Assembly: GCA_963810095.1 (NCBI GenBank)
Contig: CAWEMM010000012.1
Location: 128,001 to 192,000 of the forward strand
Reading direction: 5' to 3'
DNA length: 64,000 nt
From: an uncultured Chloroflexia bacterium
GTDB taxonomy: Bacteria; Chloroflexota; Anaerolineae; CG2-30-64-16
The position numbers were made by a program, and so were the translations under genes. A model generated the notes under the pieces. The model made no database searches. It saw nothing but the letters and a program-made list of their open reading frames with translations, and had not been told where the DNA came from. Positions 1-8,964 of this stretch are shown here, piece after piece; position 1 is the stretch's first letter; every line of letters begins with the position of its first letter.

Positions 1-115
1 GCGCGCCGGGTGTCCCTGGCGCTCTTCGACCCAGCGACGAATTACCTCATGGTCCGTGGTTGTATCCGAACTGCCTGCCATCTCAAACCTCTCACTCTGC
101 TCTCGTTACAGTTGC

Positions 116-983
116 CTACACGTTGACGACTTCGCCGCCGTTCGGGTGAATGACCTGGCCCGTGATGTACGATGCGTCCTCGGAGGCCAGGAAGAGAAAT
201 GCCGGCGCCACCTCTTCCGGTTGGCCCGGCCGGCCGAGCGGCACGTCGGCCCCGAAAGACTTCACCTTCTCCTCCGGGAAAGTCGAAGGGATCAGGGGTG
301 TCCAGATCGGTCCGGGTGCCACGGCGTTCACACGGATGCCCCGCTCGGCCAGGTTGATCGACAGCGAGCGCGTAAATGAAACGATGGCGCCCTTCGTCGA
401 AGAGTAGTCGAGCAGCTGTGGGCTGCCGCGGTAGGCGGTCACGGATGTCGTGTTGACGATCGCGCCGCCTTTCTTCATGTGCGCCAGCGCCGCCTTGGTC
501 AGGAAGAACATCCCAAAAATGTTGGTCCGGAAGGTGCGCTCGAGTTGCTGCGCGCTGATGTCCTCCAGGCGCTTCTGTGGGTGCTGTTCGGCCGCGTTGT
601 TGATCAGGATGTCGAGCTTTCCGAACTCCTGCACCGTGCGCTGCACCAACTGCTGGCAGAAGTTCTCGTCGCCGATGTCCCCGGCATGGGCGAGGCAGCG
701 GCGCCCCTCCGCCTCGACCAGGCGCTTTGTCTCCTGCGCGTCGCCGTGTTCGTTGAGGTAGGAGATGGCTACGTCCGCGCCTTCGCGGGCAAACAAGGCC
801 GCGACTGCACGGCCGATCCCGCTGTCGCCGCCGGTCACCGAGCGCGACCTTCCCCTTGAGCCGGCCCGAGCCCGGCCGCTCCTCGCGGACTGCATCAGGC
901 TTGGGCGTCATCTCGCTCTCTAAACCGGGGCGCTGGTCCTGCGTTTGCGCCGGCAGCGTCTGCTTCTGTTGTTCCTGGCTCAT
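116..983 (-). CDS. SDR oxidoreductase, YhdF/YghA-like general stress protein (one frameshift near 840)
   Basis: N-terminus MSQEQQKQTLPAQTQDQRPGLESEM..GRLKGKVAL (ORF 42..983) joins VTGGDSGIGRAVA, NNAA, YSSTK, VAPGPIWTPLIPS (ORF 116..895); RBS GAGGTG upstream. Confidence 0.85.
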
Positions 984-992
984 CAGCTCACC

Positions 993-1361
993 TCAGGGCA
1001 GGGGCGACGTCGTCGCGCCGGGCGGAACGATATCGCTGCTGTCCGAGTCCTGCTGGCCCGCGTGTAGCTTCTGGAGCAGGCGGGTCACGATCGTCCGGGA
1101 TTCAGCGTCTTCCGTATCGAAGCGGCCCGCGAGTGCGGTCACCGCGCCCTGCTGCCCGGCAACAGCCGCGTTATCGAAACGCGGGACGACGGGGAAAAGC
1201 CGGTCCTCCCCGCCCAGGTCCTCCAGGTCGGGGATTGAAATCTTGTGATCCCGCTTCAGGCGTTCCTGCACGCCGGTCCACACATCGCCCGGCGTCGCGC
1301 CTTCGATCACTGTGTTGTCGTTCGCGACACCCAGTTCCGCAATGGATACACGGTACGCCAT
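993..1361 (-). CDS. Hypothetical protein (N-terminus faintly DUF1059-like, without Cys)
   Basis: AGGAGG RBS before ATG at 1361; sits between co-oriented neighbours. Confidence 0.65.
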   Translation of the reverse strand: MAYRVSIAELGVANDNTVIEGATPGDVWTGVQERLKRDHKISIPDLEDLGGEDRLFPVVPRFDNAAVAGQQGAVTALAGRFDTEDAESRTIVTRLLQKLHAGQQDSDSSDIVPPGATTSPLP

Positions 1362-1400
1362 GATCAACCTCCTGCCTCGTCTCGAAATCGCCGGTTCCCT

Positions 1401-1988
1401 TTAGCGGTAGCCCGGCCGGCTTCCACTCGATTCGCCGCGGGTGCCGTCCGCATCGCGGCTCCCGCCGTGATCCTCGTAGCCCTCGCGCGCGTTGTCTTCA
1501 TCGTTGCCGTCTGCAGCCTGATTCCCCGGGCGGCCCTCTTTCGTCGACGGCTTGCCCGATCCGCTGCGAATGGGCCCGCTGTGGCCCTCGCCTTCCTTTT
1601 CCAGGCCCCCCGTCATCCCGCGCTGGCCGCTCACACCGGGCTCGCGCCCGCCCTTGGTGCTCCCCGATCCGGCGTCGTCGTCCTCACCCGTGCGGCCCTC
1701 GTCCCTGCTATTCTGGCCCTGTCCGCCGGCGTCGCCGACCAGGAGGCTGCCCGTGCCTTCGTTCTCCATCCCGCCCCCGGCCGTCCCCGAGCCGCCGCTG
1801 GAGCCCTCGCCGGTCTGCCCGACCCCGCGATCCTGCAGACCGCGCCCCTGGGAATCGTCACGGTCTTCGGCGCCGTCGCGGTTCTGCGTTTCGCCGCGGT
1901 CGCCGCGCATCAGTTCGTCTTCCGCCGTCCGCCGGGTTGTCAGGTCCTCTTCGGGGCGGTTGCGGTACTTGTCGCCTTGTGCACTCAC
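1401..1988 (-). CDS. Gly/Asp/Glu/Arg-rich intrinsically disordered, hydrophilin-like protein
   Basis: AGGAGG RBS before GTG; very hydrophilic and Gly-rich with almost no hydrophobic core. Confidence 0.65.
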   Translation of the reverse strand: MSAQGDKYRNRPEEDLTTRRTAEDELMRGDRGETQNRDGAEDRDDSQGRGLQDRGVGQTGEGSSGGSGTAGGGMENEGTGSLLVGDAGGQGQNSRDEGRTGEDDDAGSGSTKGGREPGVSGQRGMTGGLEKEGEGHSGPIRSGSGKPSTKEGRPGNQAADGNDEDNAREGYEDHGGSRDADGTRGESSGSRPGYR

Positions 1989-2022
1989 GATTCTGCCTCC
2001 TGCCTTTCAACCCGGGCCGGGC

Positions 2023-2523
2023 TCACGCCTCGCTGAAGTAGCGCCGGCCGACCGAGAATCCGAGGGCCAGCAGCAGCAGGCTTGCTGCGGCTGCGAAGAC
2101 CCACGGCTTCTGGCGCACCCGCGCCCCGGCCTGAGCCCGCACCGTGCCCACCTGCTCGCCGAGCTTACCGGCTTGCAGCGCGACGCTGTCGCCGGCTTCG
2201 CCGGCCTTTTCCGAAGCTTTTTCGGCAGCTTCTGAGACCGCCGTCGTCAACTCTTCCGCTTTGGCCGCAGCCGCCGCAGTCACCGCGGCGAAGCGCTGCG
2301 CCGCCTTGTCGAGCATGCGCATCTGCTTCTGGTGCATCGCAGCTTCGGCCCGCCGGGCCGTCTCCGCGCCCTCGTCGATCCCGACCATCTTCTTCTCGTG
2401 CATCGACGCTTCGCTGACCTTGGCTTGCTCTGCGCCCTGGTCGATCGCTTTCATCTTCTTTTCGTGAGCCAGCGTCAGTTTTTCCTTCGCTTGCTCGATT
2501 CGCATCTCGGCCTTCTTCGCCAT
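2023..2523 (-). CDS. Tail-anchored ElaB/YqjD(DUF883)-like protein with 22-aa helical repeats
   Basis: AAGGAG RBS; Ala/Glu/Lys-rich helix; C-terminal VRQKPW + TM helix + RR, as in DUF883 proteins. Confidence 0.65.
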   Translation of the reverse strand: MAKKAEMRIEQAKEKLTLAHEKKMKAIDQGAEQAKVSEASMHEKKMVGIDEGAETARRAEAAMHQKQMRMLDKAAQRFAAVTAAAAAKAEELTTAVSEAAEKASEKAGEAGDSVALQAGKLGEQVGTVRAQAGARVRQKPWVFAAAASLLLLALGFSVGRRYFSEA

Positions 2524-2620
2524 CTCAGTCTCCTTTTGCTACAGCAACCTTCCCTGATTTCACTGGCGCCTGCGGCACGGGCGCGCCCGCGCCGTCGAGC
2601 TTGACGATAACATGGCTCGT

Positions 2621-2670
2621 CTTAAGCTGACTTTAAGGTCGGCTACGCACTCGCTTAAGGCTTCCTCAAG
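2621..2670. promoter_or_regulatory. 11-bp-period YTTAAG direct-repeat array (putative OmpR-family operator)
   Basis: CTTAAG 2621, TTTAAG 2632, CTTAAG 2654, CTCAAG 2665; minus-strand TG-T-TATCGT -10 lies 11 nt downstream. Confidence 0.7.
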
Positions 2671-2683
2671 GTCGATCCCCTGG

Positions 2684-3100
2684 TTAGTGCGCTCCGTTCT
2701 CCGGAACAAGCTCATACGCCTCGGGCGAATCAGGACCCCCGGGCACCTCGTCCGCGCCCAACTGCTTGAACTCGTCGGCCAGTGCCTTTAGTTCCTCTTC
2801 CGGTCGTTCTTCGAGGTTGACCATATCGGTGCGCGCCTCCGACACCGCCCGGATCAGTTCGTCGATCTTCAGGTGCAGCGCCTTGGAGTCCCGGTTCTGC
2901 GACGCCTGGATGATAAAGACCATCAGAAATGTCACGACGCTCGTGCCGGTGTTGATCACCAGCTGCCACGTGTCTGAGAAGTGGAACAGCGGGCCGGTGA
3001 TGAGCCACACGACGAGCACGCCAATTGCCGCTATGAACGCCCAGGGCGAACCGACGACGTCTGCGGCCCGGCGTGAGAACTTACGAAAGTACTCGTTCAC
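2684..3100 (-). CDS. Low-affinity iron permease (Fet4-like) family protein
   Basis: GSPWAF..WLITGPLFHFSDTWQLVINTGTSVVTFLMVFIIQASQNRDSKALHLKIDELIRA family signature; GTG start at 3100. Confidence 0.85.
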   Translation of the reverse strand: MNEYFRKFSRRAADVVGSPWAFIAAIGVLVVWLITGPLFHFSDTWQLVINTGTSVVTFLMVFIIQASQNRDSKALHLKIDELIRAVSEARTDMVNLEERPEEELKALADEFKQLGADEVPGGPDSPEAYELVPENGAH

Positions 3101-4388
3101 CCTCGGCCTCTTCCACCTGATCGAACGGCGGCACGGTATCAGCCCGAAGCTGGGGCGCGTACTCGTAGCGCTCCGCGGGCGGCGTTCGTGCCGGGCGTGC
3201 ACGACCTGTGCTCGCGTTATCGGGCTTGGCCTGGAAGACCAGGCCGGCGAGTCCCACGCCCAGCATCGTGATCGCCTTCGGGATGAGCCGCAGCGCCAAC
3301 CCAAGCGGCGTGGCGGGGATGCGCTCGGAGCCGAGTTGATTTGCGTTGGCCTCTGCAGGCTCACGCAGCCTGTCGACGAGGCCGGCCTGGAGCTGCAGGA
3401 TGCCGCGCTCCACCAGCAACTTCTCGCGGAACAGCACGTCCCATTCCTCGTGCTGCACCTCCGCCGAACGGAGGTCGCGCTCGATGGTTTTCAGCCGCTG
3501 AACCAGGTCGGAATTGGCGTTCGCCGGCGTACGCTTCTTGGCATCTTTCCAGAGCGCGCGCAGCCGGTCCTCCAGCTCGTTGGCCTCTTTCGTCCACGTC
3601 AGGTACGCCTTGGAGAAAGACAGCTGCTCGACGACGATCGCGCGGGCGTGCGCTGCATCGTACTTCCGGCCGCTGATCGCCAGGTCCGACGGGTAGAGGA
3701 TCAGTTCGAGCTTGTTCGAGCGCAGCGTCGTGAGCTGGTCGGCAACCAGGTTGGACTGACCCTGGCCCGCCACTACGGTTAGCACCTTGATCGGCAGCCG
3801 CATCAGGATACTCGCCTGCGTCCGCGTGACCGGCAGGTCCGCTTTGTCGAGCGCCCGCTCGATCTCGCTCACCATCGAGAGGTAATCCGGCTCTTCGACT
3901 ACAATGGGCAGATGCTCGGTGGTCCAGCGCTTGGCCAGCGTCCGCACCTTAAGGAGCGGAACAAACACCACCATCATGAGCAGGGCCAGCGAGGTCGCGA
4001 CCGTGTACGGGTAACCGTGCAGGATGCGCTGGAAGATCGCCTTGCCGCCCTTCGGCTGGTCTTCCTTGGCGGTCACCTTTGTCGCCAGGAAACCCATTAT
4101 CGCCGGCAGAACCAATGCGATGGCCAGCATAGCCAGTCGAATCCACCAATCCTGCACGAAGGATGGCAGCTTGACGAAGCTGAGCAGAAACACCCCAACC
4201 TTTGGGACGATAACGCCAAACACCACGACAATCCAGATGACCGACCCAAACGCGATCACCGACAGGAGTGTCTGCCGCTCCTGCGGCACCTTACCGAACA
4301 GGGTCGTCGTGGCCCAGCTAAAGATCGTATTCAACAGCCGCCCGACCTGCCGGCCGAGGGCTGCGAAAAGCGCCTGAAGAATCGCCAT
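3081..4388 (-). CDS. Hypothetical membrane protein (3-4 TM plus soluble domain)
   Basis: GGAGAG RBS before ATG 4388; hydrophobic helices; overlaps next gene start. Confidence 0.7.
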   Translation of the reverse strand: MAILQALFAALGRQVGRLLNTIFSWATTTLFGKVPQERQTLLSVIAFGSVIWIVVVFGVIVPKVGVFLLSFVKLPSFVQDWWIRLAMLAIALVLPAIMGFLATKVTAKEDQPKGGKAIFQRILHGYPYTVATSLALLMMVVFVPLLKVRTLAKRWTTEHLPIVVEEPDYLSMVSEIERALDKADLPVTRTQASILMRLPIKVLTVVAGQGQSNLVADQLTTLRSNKLELILYPSDLAISGRKYDAAHARAIVVEQLSFSKAYLTWTKEANELEDRLRALWKDAKKRTPANANSDLVQRLKTIERDLRSAEVQHEEWDVLFREKLLVERGILQLQAGLVDRLREPAEANANQLGSERIPATPLGLALRLIPKAITMLGVGLAGLVFQAKPDNASTGRARPARTPPAERYEYAPQLRADTVPPFDQVEEAEGERVLS

Positions 4389-4443
4389 AATTGTCTCTCC
4401 CCCGCGCCCCTCCGCCTGTGGCTGCAGGAGGAGGGGCCAGGAA

Positions 4444-5916
4444 TTACGCGCGCACCATGGAGCGCCGGTAGCGCCACCACGAGAACACAAACAACACCAA
4501 GCCCATCACACCCAGCGCCACCAGGAAGATCCACGGCGGCGGCACGCCCTTCAGCATCACGTTCTGCAAGCTGATGATGCCGTAGGTGACCGGTAGCAGG
4601 TACCCGATGTAGCGAACCGGTACCAGAATCTGCATCAGCGGAAACACGAACCCGCTGAAGAACATGGACGCCAACAGGACCAGCATCGAAGCCTGGACGG
4701 CCTGACTGTCGGTGCCCGATGTGGCCGAGATGGCAAAGCCGTATCCCAGCGACGCAAAGATCAGCAGCAGCAGCGAAGCGACGAGCCAGGCCACCGTGCC
4801 CAAAAGCGGCACGCCGAGGATGTAGATCGCCGACGCGGTCAGGATGGCCGCCAGGACGCCGACGAACAGCAGGTACGAGCCATACTTCCCCAGCATGATC
4901 TCGAACGCGGTGATCGGCGCCACCCGGAACAACTCGAGCGCACCGAACACCTTCTCACGCACCAGGGCGAGCGACGCGATGCTGATCGCCACGTGCTGCA
5001 AGATCAAGGCCAGCACGCCCGGCGCATAGAAAATCACGAATGCGGGCGTGAACGGTGCGATGCTCTTCGTCACGGTAGTCAGCGGCGACACCATCACGTC
5101 GGGCGGCACATTCTCAAAGTCCGCCAATTGTTTGTCCATGCGATCCAGGTCGCTGCTCACCGCCTGAGCCCGGGTATCGACCGAAGACTGGTCGTTCGCC
5201 CCCGCGGGCGCAGCGGCCGGGCTTTGAACCGGGCCTGCACCCAAGCCCTGACCCATACCGCCCATGATCAGCGCCGTCGCACCCAGCAGCGCAGTGGCCT
5301 GGTCCAGCGAGCTATTGGCCCGCGCCAGTTCCTCCTGCGCACGGGCATTATCGCCGGCAGCCGCGGCCGAACGAGCGCTGTCGGCCGCCGACCGCGCCTG
5401 GGCCAGGTTACCCTTGGCGTCGCCGCTCTGCTGCTTGGCCTCGGCCGCAAACTGCATCAGGATGCGGCGGTTAATCTCGGCCACGTAGACGCGGCCGAGC
5501 TGGTCCACGTACGCCGCCTGCGTCGGGTCGATCTCGTTGTGATACAGCTCGAGGGTCGCCTGCGAGCCATTCTTGACCGTCTGGTACGCATGTGGCGGAT
5601 AGACCACGACCAGGTCAACCTGGCCGATGCGCAGCCGCTGCAGGGCCTCGTCCTTGCTGACCGTCTGGCCCATGTACTGGAGCTGCGGCCCAAGGTCGGT
5701 CGCGTACTGCTCCACCTGCGGCGCGACTTGCGGCTCGTCCGCGGGAACCACGAAGAGCGCGCGCATCACCCGGGCCTGGTTGTTGAAGCCCAGCCCAACG
5801 AGCAGCAGGATCAGGAACGGGCCGAGAATCAGCCGGACAACCAGCCAGGGTTGGCGCAGGATCTCGCGGATTTCCTTGCCGAGAAATGAAGAGACTCGGA
5901 CGATCGGCTTAAGCAC
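4444..5916 (-). CDS. ABC-2 type exporter permease
   Basis: KEIREILR, REKVFGALE, LGKYG, FFSG..P motifs; extracellular domain with coiled-coil insert; GGAGG before GTG overlapping the ATPase stop. Confidence 0.85.
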   Translation of the reverse strand: MLKPIVRVSSFLGKEIREILRQPWLVVRLILGPFLILLLVGLGFNNQARVMRALFVVPADEPQVAPQVEQYATDLGPQLQYMGQTVSKDEALQRLRIGQVDLVVVYPPHAYQTVKNGSQATLELYHNEIDPTQAAYVDQLGRVYVAEINRRILMQFAAEAKQQSGDAKGNLAQARSAADSARSAAAAGDNARAQEELARANSSLDQATALLGATALIMGGMGQGLGAGPVQSPAAAPAGANDQSSVDTRAQAVSSDLDRMDKQLADFENVPPDVMVSPLTTVTKSIAPFTPAFVIFYAPGVLALILQHVAISIASLALVREKVFGALELFRVAPITAFEIMLGKYGSYLLFVGVLAAILTASAIYILGVPLLGTVAWLVASLLLLIFASLGYGFAISATSGTDSQAVQASMLVLLASMFFSGFVFPLMQILVPVRYIGYLLPVTYGIISLQNVMLKGVPPPWIFLVALGVMGLVLFVFSWWRYRRSMVRA

Positions 5917-6988
5917 GGCGCGCCTCCAACTCCTGGCCCTCGACCTCGGCCTGCGACTTTTCCAGCAAACGCACAAAGACCTCGTCGAAGGTGGGCCGGT
6001 ACTGCTCGATCCCCTCAACCTCCAGGTTCTCCCCCCGCATCAGGTCGAGAATCGCGGGCATGGCCGTCGAGGCGTCCTCGACGACGAGCCGGGCGCGGCC
6101 GGGGATGCTCGTATCGATCGACTGCACGCCGTTCACACGGCCAAACAGCGGACGCGTGGCGTGGCCGATTTGCGCAGAACGCACTTCGACGATTTCGCCG
6201 CCGAACGCGTCGCACCGCAGGTTCTCGGGCGTGTCGATGGCGATGATCCGGCCGTGCCCGATCACAGCCACCTGGTCGCAGTACTCGGCTTCGGTAACGT
6301 ACTGTGTCGTCACGAACAAGGTGCGGCCTTCGCCTTTGAGCCGGTGGAACGCCTCCCAGAACTTGGCGCGCAAGATGGGATCGATGCCCGCGGTGGGCTC
6401 GTCCAGGAAGATCAGGCGCGGGTTATGGATCAGCGACGAGGCCAGCGCCAGCCGCCGCTGCATCCCGCCCGAAATGTCGCGTGCGAGCTTGCCCCGGTGA
6501 TCCCAGAGCTCGACGAAGTCGAGCACCTCCCGGCGACGTTTGCCGCGGTGAAACCAGCTCATACCGTAGAGCGAGGCGGAGAAGTCGATGTTCTCCTTGA
6601 CGGACAGGTTGGGGTACAGGATGAACAGCTGCGGCAGGTAGCCGATACTCTCGCGCACCCGGCTGCTCATGTGGCCGGCGGGCTGGCCAAAGATCTGCAC
6701 GCTCCCGCTGGTCGGCTGATAAGTCCCGTTCATCAGGCGGATGGTCGTCGTCTTCCCGCTGCCCGACGGCCCGATGAAGCCGAAGATCTCGCCCTCGTGA
6801 ACGTTGAAGGTCAAATCCTGGACCGCGACCGAATCGGCAAAGCTCTTTGTTGCGTTCTGCATCTCGATGACTCGGCGCCGAGCTGCCGTGCTAGGCACAC
6901 TCGTGGGCGCGCCCGCAGGCGGTGCGGGCACTGGTTGTGGCGCCCGCGGCGCGGCGGGTTGCCCAGGTGCTTGGTTAGGTCCTTGCAT
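5909..6988 (-). CDS. ABC transporter ATP-binding protein
   Basis: Walker A GPSGSGKTT, signature ISGGMQRR, Walker B IFLDEPT. Confidence 0.95.
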   Translation of the reverse strand: MQGPNQAPGQPAAPRAPQPVPAPPAGAPTSVPSTAARRRVIEMQNATKSFADSVAVQDLTFNVHEGEIFGFIGPSGSGKTTTIRLMNGTYQPTSGSVQIFGQPAGHMSSRVRESIGYLPQLFILYPNLSVKENIDFSASLYGMSWFHRGKRRREVLDFVELWDHRGKLARDISGGMQRRLALASSLIHNPRLIFLDEPTAGIDPILRAKFWEAFHRLKGEGRTLFVTTQYVTEAEYCDQVAVIGHGRIIAIDTPENLRCDAFGGEIVEVRSAQIGHATRPLFGRVNGVQSIDTSIPGRARLVVEDASTAMPAILDLMRGENLEVEGIEQYRPTFDEVFVRLLEKSQAEVEGQELEARRA

Positions 6989-7006
6989 TCGTACTTCCTG
7001 CGCTGC

Positions 7007-7840
7007 TTAGCGCTTGAGCCCGTCGGGCACGCCATTCGGGTATAACTTGTCGATCGCCTGCTGGATGTTTTGGATGCGATTCCCGGGGTCCGGGTGCGTG
7101 CTCATGAACTCGGCGGGCCGCGGTCCCGAGTTGGCCTGCTCCAGAATCGTCATCACGTCGATCATACTGCGCGGGTCGTAGCCGGCCTGCGCCATGTATT
7201 TCACGCCGAAGGTGTCGGCTTGGGTCTCGTCCGTGCGGCTGAACTTCAGGTTCACCATCTGGTTCACCAGCATGGCAAACTGGGCATTGCGGTACGTCCG
7301 TGGGTCGTTTGGATCGACGGCAGCAATGACCGCTGCGCCGGTGAGGCCCTGTGTCAGCTGGCTCTTCGCCAACTGCTCGGCCGAGTGGCGCAGGATAACG
7401 TGCGAGGTCTCGTGTGCCAGGACGCCGGCAAGCTGGCCCTCGGTCTGCAGGTGCGACAACAACCCTTCGGTGATGAAGACCTGGCCGCCCGGGAGGGCGA
7501 ACGCGTTGATCGTCTCGGGGTCGGCCAGCAGGTGATACTCAAACTGATACGGCCCCTTGGCCGCATCGCTGTTCTCCCAAATCTTGTTGCCCACCTGTGC
7601 GACGAGCGCCGTCGCTTTCTGGTTGGAGGATAGACCCCCGTATTGCGCTTCCATCTCTGGCGCAGCCTGCAGCCCCATCGCGGTTTCCTGCTCCGGCGAC
7701 ATATTTACGTGCTGCGTCTGGCCCGTAACGGGGTTAACCTGGCTGGACCCGAAGTAGCCAATCAGCGCGATGACAATCATGATTACCGCGATGATCAGGC
7801 GACCCCCGCCGAACGAGCGCCGTCCAACATTTCCGAACAT
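7007..7840 (-). CDS. M48 family metallopeptidase
   Basis: INAFALPGG, HETSH (HExxH), SRTDETQAD, STHP; N-terminal TM. Confidence 0.93.
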   Translation of the reverse strand: MFGNVGRRSFGGGRLIIAVIMIVIALIGYFGSSQVNPVTGQTQHVNMSPEQETAMGLQAAPEMEAQYGGLSSNQKATALVAQVGNKIWENSDAAKGPYQFEYHLLADPETINAFALPGGQVFITEGLLSHLQTEGQLAGVLAHETSHVILRHSAEQLAKSQLTQGLTGAAVIAAVDPNDPRTYRNAQFAMLVNQMVNLKFSRTDETQADTFGVKYMAQAGYDPRSMIDVMTILEQANSGPRPAEFMSTHPDPGNRIQNIQQAIDKLYPNGVPDGLKR

Positions 7841-7980
7841 GCTTACTTCCTCTCACTCACAACACACAAACTAACTCAATACACGCTCTGACGCGATTAA
7901 ACGCAGCCGGCAAGACGGCTGTTCCGATTCACGGGCCGGCCCCTCTCCCCTTCCACGCACGCGCCCGGAACATCGAGCAC

Positions 7981-8758
7981 TTAGCCCTGCAGCAGCGACT
8001 GCGCACCGTCGATCCAGATCTCGGTGCCCGAGATGTGGCTGGACGCGTCCGAGAACAAGAACTTGACAAGCTCGGCCACCTGCTCGGGCCGCCCGGGCGC
8101 ACCCTTCGTGAGCGGCACGGGTCCCTCCGGGTACTCGGCCAGTTTCGGCTCGCCCTCGAGCTTGCTTTTGTCGGTAGACTCCTCGATGTTGGTCGTAATC
8201 CAGCCGGGGCAGATGACGTTCACGCGGATCTTGTCCTGGCCCAGCTCGAGCGCAAGCATCTTCGCCAGGGCCACCTGGCCGGCCTTTGTCGTCGCGTAGG
8301 CAGATGCGCCCACGTTGCTGAACATGCGGGTGCCGTTGACCGACGACGTGATCACAATGCTGCCGCCCTGCTTGCGCAGGTGGGGTACCGCGTAGTGAAC
8401 CGTCAGGTACGTCCCCTTCAGGTTGACATCCATGACCTGATCCCATTCGTCCACGGTAATCTGGTCGATTGGCGCCCAGGTCCCGTTGATGCCCGCGTTC
8501 GCGAAGACCATGTCCAGCCGCCCCCAGCGCTCCAGCGCCTGGCGAATCGCGGCCTCCACGTCTTGCGGCTCTGAGACGTCGCACACGATCACCAAAGCCT
8601 CGCCGCCGGCACCGCCGGATGCCTTGCTCCACCTCTCGCAACTCCGCTTCGTCGCGGCTGACCAGCGCGACGCGCACGCCTTCGCGTGCCAACAATTCGG
8701 CGGCCGCCCGGCCAAGGCCCGAGCCCGCGCCCGTGATGAATGCTACTTTACCCTTCAT
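7981..8758 (-). CDS. SDR oxidoreductase (one frameshift near 8620)
   Basis: MKGKVAFITGAGSGLG joins ANAGING, YATTK, ICPGWI in the second frame. Confidence 0.85.
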
Positions 8759-8861
8759 TGGCTCCATCCCTTTGCGTTTGAGTAGACCCTCTTTCGGGAC
8801 CTGTCTGGCGCTTGGCCGCACCAGCGATTCTTGCACTCTAAATGTAGCCCGCGCATACGTC

Positions 8862-8900
8862 TTTACGGCCATCTCATACCGACCTTAAGGTGGGCTTAAA
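8862..8900. promoter_or_regulatory. 11-bp-period YTTAAG array
   Basis: TTTACG 8862, CTCATA 8873, CTTAAG 8884, CTTAAA 8895; shares ACCGACCTTAAGG.G.GCTTAA with the 11329-11350 site. Confidence 0.65.
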
Positions 8901-8964
8901 GACCGATGTGGTTCGAGGGGCCGCAAGCTATAATGACAGGGTGCAAGAATGGACGGATACAGGC

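Noticed and set aside
5627-7045. Long antisense ORFs (also 25344..26636, 55383..56735, 46821..47897)
   Set aside because: They are shadows of well-supported genes on the opposite strand, expected in GC-rich DNA, and have no motifs or RBS.
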